From the NCBI GenBank assembly GCA_964252035.1, contig OZ176209.1: a stretch of DNA of 64,000 nucleotides; one strand, given 5' to 3'. A model generated the notes under the pieces. It was given only the letters and a program-made list of their open reading frames with translations, searched no databases and was not told where the DNA came from. Positions within the stretch are counted from its first letter, which is position 1; every line of letters starts with the position of its first letter. Shown in pieces: positions 12,376-23,708 of the stretch. A program made the position numbers and the translations under genes. This DNA is from Podarcis erhardii (taxonomy: Eukaryota).

Positions 12376-14089
12376 ATAGTAAAAATAATAAAGGTGAATG
12401 CCATCTCACAGGAATCAAATCAGTCAAATACTCTCAAAAGGTGATCCTCAAAGATCAAGTACTGGTTGGCTACCAGGACAAAGTAATCACTTAAGACAAA
12501 TTAGAAACAAGGCAGAAGGAAGTCCCAGAGATACAATTCTAGTTGAAGGCTAGGGATGACACATTTATCCACTCCGTTACCTGAATTTGGGCCTGTTCTC
12601 TTATCATCTCAAGCAGTTAGGCTTTATCTCTGATATTTATGCCTTGAACCTCTGCCTTGTTTTTTACCGCATATATTGTTTTCCACTTGGAACTTGTGGG
12701 GGCTGATTCTACACTTTTGGGCACCAGACTGGTCGTCTCTTTCTCATTCAATTCTCATACCCACTTGTCTATTTTTTTGACCCAATTCCCTTCATACATA
12801 ATATATGCTTGGTCTTTCATCTGGTTAGTTTAACTTAAAATATTCCCTGATTTTTTCATCTTGACCCCCTCCCACCACATTTTCGTCTCTGTCTGTAACA
12901 CTGCGATTACAAGCCTTAAGGTCAGGGCAATGTGATTTTTTCCAATTACTGCTGTATAGCATCTAGTAGCTTTAGACACTTGTAAAATAAAAGAGGATGA
13001 CAATCTGCCTATGCATGTGGAAGCTGTGGTTCAAAACAACTGCAGACAAATGCGGTACAACAATTGCTCCATTTCCTTGCACCACTCACGTTATTGCAAG
13101 GTACTCCATTTTAATTTTTAAAAGCTATCTGCCACTGCTAGCAAGAGCAATTTAGTTTGTCTTTTTTGAAGTGTGGCTGTAGAGTTAATGTATGACTACA
13201 ATGCAGCAGAAAAAATAAAACAGAGGGCAGGGAGAAGATACAGGGAGCTTCTTCATAGCATCTTATGCAAAAAGATTGTCCACCACACACTGGGAGAAAA
13301 ACTGGCATTAAAAACAAACATTAATTACCTGCTATATGAAGTGGAAACATGGCACTCCTATGCACTCGGCTTCTGAAAGGCAACATGCCTTATATGGTAT
13401 TCGCCAAGCTGGTAATAGGGATGCGATGGCCCTCTTAAGAACAGAACACACTGCTCATCTAGCACAGCCAAACCATTTCACCATTGGGCCTTTAAGACGC
13501 CTTTGTCTCCATGTTGATGTCTTTCTCCTCATCAAGCCTGACTTAGGAAAAGTATGATTGGTACTCACCTGAAGTGTAGATCTCTGATTGGCATCATGAG
13601 GTCACTAGATTGGGTTCTGGCTCCACCCTGGTCACAAGGCAGGAGAAAAAACTGGGAAAATGGGAGGCTCCCCCTCATTTTTGCAGCCAAACTCCAACAG
13701 TCATTGATGTCACAAATGGTAAAAGGCCACTTTCTCCTAATACAGTTACAGCCACCAGCTGCCCAAATAGCATGAGAACATGCAGTAATAAATGAGGCAT
13801 GTTGTAGTCCATGTTAGGGTGTGGGCTCCAGTGACCTCATGATGCCATCAAAGTTCTACAGTTCAGGTGAGTACCAACCGTACTATCTCCTACTGGCACA
13901 ATGGGGTCACTGGATTGGGATGTACCAGAGCTTACCCAGTTAGGGTGGACCCCAACTGTAGACTAGGTTACTGTGGCAGGGCTTGCGCCTAAAGGAAGCC
14001 TCAGCAGATGAATGCAAACCAATCATATAGTGCCTTGTAAAGGTGCTAGGGGATATCCCAGTGGCAACCCTACAAATATCTCCAATGGG

Positions 14090-14345
14090 GCGTTAGTGGA
14101 GAAAGCTGCTGAGGAACACACATCTATGGGGATGTTAGAGCATGACAGCCCTCTGCTTGAGGATCCTGGAAGTGAGAAGAACGGTGGCAGCTGCTGGGTG
14201 GCCCAGTTCATGAAGAGGTCCACCACGAAGAGCCCGTAGCAGTTCTGAAGCTGAGAGAAGATCGGATGATGCAGCATCTATTCCCCATAGATCTAGTTTG
14301 GTTTGACTCAGCCAGTCTAACTGGGTGCTGGATTCTCCTGAAATA
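14090..14345 (-). mobile_element. DIRS (tyrosine-recombinase retrotransposon) remnant, RNase H / downstream region
   Basis: Minus-strand peptides GESSTQLDWLSQTKLD and LHHPIFSQLQNCYGLFVVDLF..ATQQLPPFFS resemble the DIRS ADWLSR..EW.LH...VDLFA....QLPRFFS motifs (recalled, not searched). Confidence 0.6.
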
Positions 14346-14351
14346 TGTTCA

Positions 14352-15379
14352 GTGGAAAATCACTTGTAGCTGAGTAAGACTGTCTTTCATAAACACGGTT
14401 TTAACAATGAGTCTGTAAGTGACAGTGGAGGCCAATTCTGGATCCCCATGTCCTTCCACAGTGGGGGCATTGGTTTCTGGGCGGGAGTTGATCAAGTTGT
14501 GGATTTGCCAAGCGTGCCTTCCCCTTAGCTCGTTTCTCCCTTGCATCCTGAGTTCGAGTGTCTTCAAAGCCCATGACACCTTTGGTAAAGACTGTTCTAC
14601 AATTGGAGCGCTCGCAGGCCAGTGTTTCACAGTTGACAGTGTTTATGCTACTGTACATTTTTTAAGATTTGCCTTGAGAGAGTCTTTAAACCTCTTTTGT
14701 TGACCACCAGCATTACGCTTTCCATTTTTAAGTTTGCAATAGAGTAGTTTCTTTGGAAGACGATCATGAGGCATCCACACAACATGACCAGTCCAATGAA
14801 GTTGATGTTGAAGAATCATTGCTTCAACACTGGTGATCTTTGCTTCTTCCAGTACACTATTAGTTCACCTGTCTTCCCAAGTGATGTGTAAAATTTTTCG
14901 GAGGCACTGTTGATGGAATCTTTCGAGGAGTTAGAGATGGCGTTCATAAGTGGTCCATGTTTCACAAGCATACAGTAAGGCTGGTAGTACAATAGCTTTG
15001 TAAGCAAGCATTTTGGTTTCTCTGAGAATGTCCCAGTCCTCAAACTTTCTACACTTCAGTCGGGAGAAAGCCGCACTCGCAGAGCTCAGGCGATGCTGGA
15101 TTTTGGCATCAATGTTGGCCCTTATAGAAAGATAACTGCCTAGGTAGGAGAAGTGATCAACATTTTCCAATGTTACACCATTGAGTTGGATTTGTGGCAC
15201 TGCAGAGGGGTTATTTTGTACTTGTTGGTGCAGCAACCTGGTTTTTGGGATGTTGAGTGATAGGCCAAGCTTTTCATAAGCTTCTGCAAAGATATTTAGG
15301 ATGGTTTGGAGGTCATCCTTTGAGTGTGCACAGACTACGTTGTCATCAGCATACTGAAGCTCTATGACAGAAGTTACGG
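14352..15379 (-). mobile_element. RTE-clade LINE, 5'-truncated, inserted into the DIRS remnant
   Basis: SVIELQYADDNVVCAHS..GLSLNIPKT..ENVDHFSYLGS..KAIVLPALLYACETW; C-terminal CPHCGRTWGSRIGLHCHLQTHC zinc motif. Confidence 0.9.
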
Positions 15380-16500
15380 GAAAAATTTTTGGGACTGTAG
15401 GAGGACAAGGAGAGGCCATTATTAGGTGGGTTTTCTGTTGGTTGATGATGAAGGCATGGGCTTTGAAGGATGGCATAGTGATTTCTAGATGATGGCGTGC
15501 TTCTTCTTGTGTTGGGGGATGAAGGATTAGATTTTCTAGGTAAGGATAGGTGTGAATGCCCAGAAAGGGGAGCACCAGGGCAACTATAATCTTGCTGAAA
15601 ATGTGGGTGAATCAAGTGTATAGTTTGCCAAGTATATATATGAGAGATATATCCCATTTTCCTCAATTGCCTGTTGTCTGTTGGGGTTGGAACAAATCTG
15701 GTGGAAGTTTGTAGCTCTGGTAGCACTTTAGCCTCATTTGGGGGAACGGGGTCATCAGAGTGAGAGATGCTCAAGACTTGCAACAATGGGCATCCTGGAA
15801 CAGTTGGTCAGAGGTCTGTTCCTCTAGCATGGATCCATCACTCCACTTCCCTTCTTCAGTTACAATGAAGGAGAAGGAGCCTGTACTCAGGGATGGCTTC
15901 TTTAATTTGCTGAATAATTTATGGTGATAGAGGTCCCCCTGTGGGCGCTGCTGGTCTTGGATGTGTTGGGAGAGAGGTTGGTTTCCTAGGGGATTGAGAT
16001 AGAAGAAGCCGCCTCCGGAAACCCCACAAATTCATCCTCATCTGAGGTGGTGGAATGAAAAGCCTGTGTCAGGGTTGGGTGGCTGTCATCTGAATCCCTT
16101 CCCAAGGGAGTGCCAATAGTGGCTGGGTCTGCTGTGGGTCACTGAGGAAGGGAAGGGCCTTGTGGCGACCTAACTGCTCTTGCAGGAGATGCTTTAGAAG
16201 CTTCCATGTGTTTCTGCTTCTGTTTAGCCTTGTGGGCTACTGGGAGGTCTACACCACAAAAAGCCGCTGGCTGCTGAGGTGGTTCCATGCTCAGCCATGC
16301 AAAGGGTTTGCAGGCAGCAGGCCAACTGGATGCCGAGAGATCAGGCTGCAGCAACAGGAAGCGTCGATGTGGCCTCCGATACCCACAGGTCTTCTTAGCA
16401 TGCTCCGTAAGCGCCAAAGGCGGGAACCATGACTTCCATCAAGACATGCTTCTCTGGGAAGGCTTCAGGATTTGGAGAAGGAAAGTCAAAAGGAGAAGGG
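15380..16500 (-). mobile_element. DIRS remnant: RT core (about 15390-15660) plus probable degenerate upstream ORF1 region
   Basis: FTHIFSKIIVALVLPFLGIHTYPYLENLILHPPTQEEARHHLEIT..AHAFIINQQKTHL resembles the DIRS RT (GIHVYPYLDDLLI..GFIIN.EKSHL). The upstream part (SDEDEFVGF, low complexity) is weaker. Confidence 0.65.
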
Positions 16501-16695
16501 CAAAACTAGCCTGAGTAAAAGCAGGAGCCAATCATGATGGGACTGCATCGTTCAGGCAGGAGCAACAAAACAAAACAAAACAACCTGACTGGGAGCCGCC
16601 CACTTCCCCAGAGAGTTTTTTCTCCTGCCTCATGAGCAGGGTGGAGCCAGAGCTCAACCCAGTGACTCCATGATGCCAGCAGAAGATCCACAGCT

Positions 16696-16786
16696 GCAAT
16701 CCTACATGTGCTTACTTGGGAGGAAGCCTCAGTGAGCTCCATGGAGCTTACCTCTGAGAAAACATACATAGGATTACACAGCACGA
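16696..16786. mobile_element. Short hairpin-type MITE (gcaatcct..acttac..gtaag..aggatt family)
   Basis: Imperfect palindrome; related copies near 3880-3958, 43560-43620 and 46980-47050. Confidence 0.45.
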
Positions 16787-18082
16787 TGTATAATCACAGA
16801 TATCAGCCTAGAACTCTGACCTATCCTGCTTTGTCTGTGAAATTCCTTTTCTCCCCCTTTGTAATGCTGTAGATGAATTGAGTGGATGTTATTATCTGTG
16901 TGTGAGCAAAATTCCGAGTGAGAGCTACTGTTTCTGTCCTTGACTTACCTTTCTTCTCTCTCCCTTTCTTCCCATTTCTTTTTCTCTTATTTCAGTATCT
17001 TAATACCAGCTGGAGCCTCTCTTTACAACGCCATTCTATTCTTTTATTTCTAAAACACTCATAATGCCTCACAAATACAGCGGCTTGAATAGGAGGAATA
17101 CATACAGAGTGGTCGAGGAGGATGTGCTCTCTCAGATATTTCAACGTCCTGCGTGCACCGATGTCCTTCACTCGCGTTAATAAATAAAAGAAAATACTTC
17201 TACCTTCCTTTTGAATTATTGAAATAAGTTTGGGCAATTATAGGACACACTGTGCTAAACATTAGCACCAAAAGGTTCAAAACTAGACAATAAATAAGGC
17301 TAGGGAAGTAGTCGCATGCAGTCAGGCTTCCACGCGAAAATTTCTATGAATGTGTCAGGCAGCTCAAGAGTTGGCATGGAAAGTAGGCTTTCATTGTAAC
17401 CAATAAAGGCCTTGAGATTTTGTACAAAAAAGAGGGGGGAAGAAAAGAAAAGCCCATCCCAATTCACTGAACAAAATAGTATTAATGAAAGAGGCTGAAA
17501 GCTAGCCCATCATATTCTTGTAAGAAACTCATCTTTGCAAGGATGTCCTCTCTTGTCCTTGTCAATTTCAGTCCCAACTATAGAAGGCAATCAAGACCGA
17601 GACCTTGATGACAGAGCCAGCCTTTTGAACACCACGAGACAGACTCGTTTGCTTTGTGTAAGCTGGCCATCTATCCTTCAGGTTTATTTATATATTGCTT
17701 CAAACATGTATTACTTATCTTTGTTTTCTTGAAGATCAGAGTAAAATACATGCAACTAAAGGAGCAATGGAAGCCGGGAGGTTAATTTTTTGCATAGTCT
17801 TATTAAATTCTCCATGTATAAGTGTGATCAGAGGAAGGCTCATGAAAAATAGGTCTTATAAAAACAAGACAGTGGAGTCACTGGACCCCCCTTTTTTGCA
17901 GGGGGTAAATCTACATGCATGGTGAAAGTGATCACCCCAGAAGCTCAGGGAGGAGGGAGAACATATTTTGTCAAGAAGCTCTGGCTCATGACTGAATAAG
18001 GCCTGAATAGTTGTTTTAAGGGTGGAGATGTTTTTTGTCAGGTACGGAAATAATGACAAGGCCTTAGTTTCTGAGCACATTT

Positions 18083-18442
18083 CAAAGTGTTGGTGCTGAC
18101 CTTAAAGCTCTAAACGGCCTCGGCCCAGTATAGCTCAGGGAGCGTCTCCACCCCCATCGTTCCGTCTGGACACTGAGGTCCAGCTCCAATGACCTTCTGG
18201 CGGTTCCCTCCCTGCGAGAAGTGAGGTTACAGGGAACCAGGCAGAGGGCCTTCTTGGTAGTGGCGCCTGTCCTGTGGAACGTCCTCCCATCAGATGTCAA
18301 GGAAATAAACAACTATCTGACTTTTAGAAGACATCTGAAGGGAAGTTTTTAATGTTTGATGTTTTATCCTATTTTTAATATTTTGTTGGAAGCCACCCAG
18401 AGTGGCTGGGGAAACCCAGGCAGACGGGTGGGGTAAAAATAA

Positions 18443-18484
<42 letters not shown>
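18083..18484 (+). mobile_element. L2 LINE 3' fragment with (ATT)n tail
   Basis: KVLVLTLKALNGLGPV..RAFLVVAPVLWNVLPSDVKEINNYLTFRRHLK plus the typical 3' end. Confidence 0.88.
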
Positions 18485-18485
<1 letters not shown>

Positions 18486-20149
18486 GTTGAGCTAAGACAA
18501 AACACCCTTGTGAATAAGATATGAGAAGAGTTGCTCATGTGGCCAGCAGCATTGAGTGACCTCTATCGGTCCCCCTATATTTGACATAAATATGGAACTT
18601 ACTTGTCATTGATTTAATATCTGATTGTCCCCACTTGTTTTGTTTTGTTTTTTTATTAATATTGTTCTGTATATTTTACTTTTATGAACCCTAAACCTGA
18701 TGTAAAAACTTTTTAAAAAAGTTATAAAAAAATAAAGAAATAAAAAAAATGAAGAGATTTGGTGACACTTCTTGCATTTTGAAATGTGATTACATCTTTT
18801 CTTTCCATCTGGTGACTCTCTTTCCCCCTTCTCACTCTTGCTGTTTTCCTCCCTGTTCTGTCTTCTTTTCAGATGGATGTAAGACTAGAAACTACCTAGA
18901 AAGTGCACCAAACAAATTTTCTTCCTCCGGTTTAATACAGAGATGCCTAGTTTGTTTGAGAAAGCTGTTGGCAGGAGAGGTGAAGATGAATCGTTGGTGA
19001 AGACTAGAGTGGTGATCTAGTTTCCTTACAGCAAATAAATTAAAATGGTCAGAGTTGTATAAAAGCAGAGTAATTTCCTGTTTGGAGAAAGGAGTCCCTA
19101 TAGGTAAACTTTTGAAGAGATCCTTTGGTCTTCTTAATCTCTGGAGTTCTGGTTAATCCCACCTCCACTGAACTGGACTCTGCAGGTTTAACAGGAGATT
19201 ATGGAATCCTCTTATATGTTTTCCCCTTGTGTATGGCCATTTTGTATTTTTATACTGTTGTTTGTTGCTATTTTTATTTAGTTTTTCAATCAGCTTTGGA
19301 CACTATTGAATAAATCAGGAATTTTATGTCAGATGTTTTGCTCTAGAACTATTTTAGACTCCCTTCTAGTTTGGGTCCTATAATGTTGCTTCTTTATTTG
19401 GGTACAATTATTGTTGAGCACTTGATTTATTTATTTATTTTTAAAAGCTTCCTTTAATCAGGAAGTTGCTGAAAATGCTTGGGAAAATGGAAATGCAAGT
19501 CAGGGTGGCAACCAAGTGCTTTTGCCTTCAGTTGGAAAGGAGTTGCATTGACAGGGAGAGCAGGAGACCTTGACAATTAGCAATCATTTCACAAAGAGGC
19601 CAGGGCTGCCTATATGAGCACTGTATCAGTGCAGAGGAAACCTATGAAAAACATTTAACAATCAAAGCTACTCCATTTGTAAGTCAGGCATATGAACAAG
19701 AATGGGAGGACATCAAAGGGAACAGGCAATTGTTGAGCTTGTGTCCAAGGTGGCAAAAAAAGAAGTAGTTGTATAAGATACAAGAGATCATAAAGTCAAG
19801 GACAGAGAAATAGGCTGCCTTAAAAAAAAAAAAAATCTAACATTGAGCCAAATTTGATAAGTTGGTGTACTCGTGAATTCTTTCTTTTTCCTAAAACTGA
19901 GTTGGATCTTTAAATGACTACCATGTAACTTGACATATGAGTAAAATTATCTGTGCCATAAAACCTTAATCCCATCCCAAACCACCAGTCAAAAGAGTGC
20001 ACCCATGGATTAGAATTTTCTCTCTCTCACTGTTGCAAAAATATAGACTGAAAGCTGGATTATCCACCATTTTTAAAACCTACAATTGTAGAAAAGCTAA
20101 CTGAATATATTATCAAAGCAGAACACCTTTATTGCAGCAGTGAGGTCAT

Positions 20150-20154
20150 TATCC

Positions 20155-20188
<34 letters not shown>

Positions 20189-20856
20189 AGCATCTATTTG
20201 TCTTGAGAGACAATGGAGTGCACCTGCAGGGGTGCAGTCAAACTGTTGTATTAGCAGAACTGAAATTACTTCTCTGGGGTGCAAGCCTGGGCAGTGTGTA
20301 TGGAGGTCCTGGACTGTGCAGACAACAAGACCCCTCTCTTGGCTTTGATGTGGTCCAACGGAAATCATAGCAATACATTTGGCACCAGCTTGGCTGGAGG
20401 AGTTGCCAGAAGAAGGCCTACAAGGTGTCATCCAACCATCTTAGGGACACCACTCCTTTTCGTCTCCCAAAGATGACGTACAAGGCAGCAGAGATTTAGG
20501 GCAAGAGTTTTCCTCCTCTTAGATGAGCTCCCTTTCCTGTTGGCAAGCCCCATCTGCCCTTCACTTCCCTCTGCAGCATGTGCTGAAACCGTCTTCTTCA
20601 CCATTGGACCCACTATTGATCTTGTCCACTCAATCCACTGAAGCCTGTCTTCACATGCAGGGGAAGTCCCTAACTCACTGAACTTTGAGGCCCATTGGCT
20701 ACTCTCACCTGGTTTAGCTGGCAAGTCAAAGCCGTTCCCGGGGTGTGGCTGCTGTTGCACGCTGACAGCTTCTAGGAGCTACTTGTGAGAGCTGAGTGCA
20801 GGATGGGGACCAAAGGTGGGCAAACTACTTCAGAAGGAACAGAACATGTCCCCCCA
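20150..20856 (-). mobile_element. Non-autonomous non-LTR (RTE/Vingi-mobilised type) element with an (AAC)n tail; family unassigned
   Basis: About 700-bp GC-richer block ending in CAA repeats on the minus strand and abutting an RTE copy; recognised only as a recurrent lacertid repeat. Confidence 0.45.
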
Positions 20857-20861
20857 GAAGT

Positions 20862-21953
20862 ACTTACTTTCTTTCTTTTTCTCTTTCTTTGACAATCACT
20901 CACAGCCGAATAAGATTGCCTTCCATGAATATGGTTTTGACAGTGTGTCCTTAAGTTGGTTTGGAGGCCAATTCTGGATCTACATGTCCTTCCACAGTGG
21001 GGACATAGGTTTCCGGGTAGGAGTTGATCACGGTGAGGATTTGCCAAACGTGCCTTCCCCTTAGCTCGTTTCTCCCTTTTGTTCTGAGTTTCTGCTTCTT
21101 CAGAGTCCATGACGCCTTTGGTAGAGGCTATTTTCCAATTGAAGTGCTCACAGGCCAATGTTTCCCAGTTGTTGGTGTTTATTTTTTTAAAGATTTGAGA
21201 GCATCTTTAAACCTCTTTTGTTGTCCACCAACATTATGCTTTCCATTCTTAAATTGGGAATAGAGTAGTTGCTTTGGAAGATGATAATCAGGCATCCGAA
21301 CAACATGACCAGTATAACCAAGTTGATGTTGAATACTCATTGCTTCAACACTCGTGATCTTTCCTTCTTCCAGTACAATGACATTAGTTTGCCTGTCTTC
21401 CCAAGTGATATGTAAATTTTTTGGAACACACCGTTGATGGAATCTTTCAAGGAGTTGGAGATGGCATTTATAAGGGGTCCATGTTTCACAAACAAAGTTG
21501 GTAGTACAATTGCTTTGTAAACAAGCATTGTGGTTTCCCTGCAAACGTCCCGATCCTCAAACACTCTATGCTTCAATCAGGAGAAAGCTGCACTCACAAA
21601 GCTCAGGCAATGATGGATTTTGGCATTGATGTTGGCCCTTGGGGAAAGATAACTGCCTAGGTAGGAAAAATGATCAACATTTTCCAACATTACACCACTG
21701 AATTGAATTTATGGTACTGCAGAGGGGTTGTTTTGTGCTTGTTGGTGCAGCACTTTGTTTTTTTTTAGCTATTGAGCGATAGGCCAAGCTTTCCATAAGC
21801 TTCTGCAAAGATATTTAGGATGGTTTAGAGGTCATCCTCCAAGTGTGCACAGACTATGTTGTCATCAGCATATTGAAGCTCATATTGAAGCTCTATGACA
21901 GAGGTTATGGTAACCTTACTTTTTGCTTTCAGCCTACTCAAATTGAAGAGCTT
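20862..21953 (-). mobile_element. RTE-clade LINE, 5'-truncated second copy with a (GAAA)n tail
   Basis: KLFNLSRLKAKSKVT..ELQYADD through CPHCGRTCRSRIGLQTNLRTHC; same family as 14352-15379; 12-bp internal duplication gagcttcaatat. Confidence 0.9.
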
Positions 21954-23152
21954 TTAATCTACCCTTCCTCTAACACCACACACAATCCTCTTCATTCTAC
22001 ACACTGTGATATTCTTGAAATCTACACATGCACACAATTAAAAAGTCTGTTTACCTGTAAGCCATTAATATGGAAACAGATGTGCTCAAAGTAACAAAGC
22101 GAAGTTGCCCAAAGCCACCTGTCCCTTGGGATGAACATGTACCCATTTATTGAATTATACAGCTAGGGATTGTTTGCCTTGTACCACTGCTGTAAATTCA
22201 GGGCTTTTGCCATACAAGCCCTAATTATGCTCTCAGAAAAACCAAATGTTCACTTAAATTCACATGTCCATTTATTGCTACTTCATTGCAAGTCTGACAG
22301 AATTCAAACCATTTTAGCAAGGAAAGGAGTAACGGAAACTAGGACAGAGGCCAGAGTCTACCACATGAAGATCAAGGAGTCCAAAATCCCCTCTTTCAAA
22401 ACAACTGCAGCTTTCGTTTCAGAATATGAAAATGCTACACACACTATAAAATTTCACTCTACCAGTGAAGGGAAAGATAAATTGTACTACTTCCAAACTT
22501 AGCTCAAAGCAGAGTCCAAGATGTATTTTGAGAAGCAAAAACAAAGCCAATATCGAGAGCAATTCATTAGCACCTATGATAGCAGTTTTCCCAGACACGT
22601 TATGCATGGCAGACACTGACAGATATTTTTAGGACGAGCATAGGTCAATGATAGAAGTTCACACCAGCACCCAGAGGTCATCACTGGGTCCCACAAGCGT
22701 TCTTCATTTGCACTGGACATCTATGGGTCACTAGAAAGCAGGGTCTTCCTAGGCGACGTTACATTTCTCCTAAATAAGTGATGCTTATATTTTTTCAACT
22801 GCAGTGAATGCATTGTTCCCCACCCCTTCATGCATTTACAAAATACGCACCTCCCCTTTTTTATGCTACAATGCATATAAAGACATGTAACAAACATCTG
22901 CTGTTTGGTGAGAAATAGCCCTTCAACGTAGATCTTTCAGAATGCCTGCATATTTTCAAGTGAGGTTCGCTTTGATATAAAAATGTTCTACTGCACTTCA
23001 GAACACACACAGACCATTTGCAAGAACTGAACTCTTGATGCTCGCTCATTCCTCTGCTACACCATGTGTGGGTGAAGCTAAGTCTAAATACATCGCTTGC
23101 CTCTCGTCACATAGCCTAATGACTTTCCTGGCAAGTCTGCATATTAAAATAC

Positions 23153-23340
23153 CTGTTGCCGTGAACATGAGAAGCACAAAAGGCAAAGCTGTAATGGAGC
23201 AAGGTTGGGTCAATGACAGCGCCATTCTCCGAGTGTTCCATCAATTCATTCAGGTAGCACAGATGGCGGTGACAGCCCCTCACACCATAACGAGCGCAGT
23301 ATTCGTCTAACACAAAGACTTGGCCCGGGCTAAACCAACC
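23153..23340 (-). CDS. CADPS2: CADPS2 internal coding exon (188 nt): [62 protein letters not shown](R)
   Basis: Acceptor ctcttacAG, donor GTattt; phase 0 to 2. YCARYG and [12 protein letters not shown] are CADPS2-type. Confidence 0.98.
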
Positions 23341-23460
23341 CTGTAAGAGATGGGAAGGGGGAATGTGTTGCGTCATTAAATCTGGACTGTTCTTTTATGC
23401 ACTGTTTTCAAATATTTTCAGAGAGAAAGAACAGAAAACTGCAGTTTTTCATGCAATATA

Positions 23461-23708
23461 CAGTGGAACCTCAGTTTTCAAACATAATCCATTCTGGAAG
23501 ACCGTTTGAGTTCCGAAACTTTCTAAAACCAAAGGCTCAATACGGAAGCCTCAAAACAAAAAAAACAATAATACTGAAAACTCAACCAGAAAGCTGCCTC
23601 AGAAGTTTGACTTCCAAGGCGCATTCGAAAATGGAAGCATTTACTTCCGAGTTTATGCCATTCCGAGTTCTGAAATGTTCGTCAATGAAAAATACAATGG
23701 TTCCACTG
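23461..23708. mobile_element. Tc1/mariner (Tigger/pogo-like) MITE
   Basis: TA|CAGTGGAACC ... GGTTCCACTG|TA termini with TA duplication. Confidence 0.8.
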
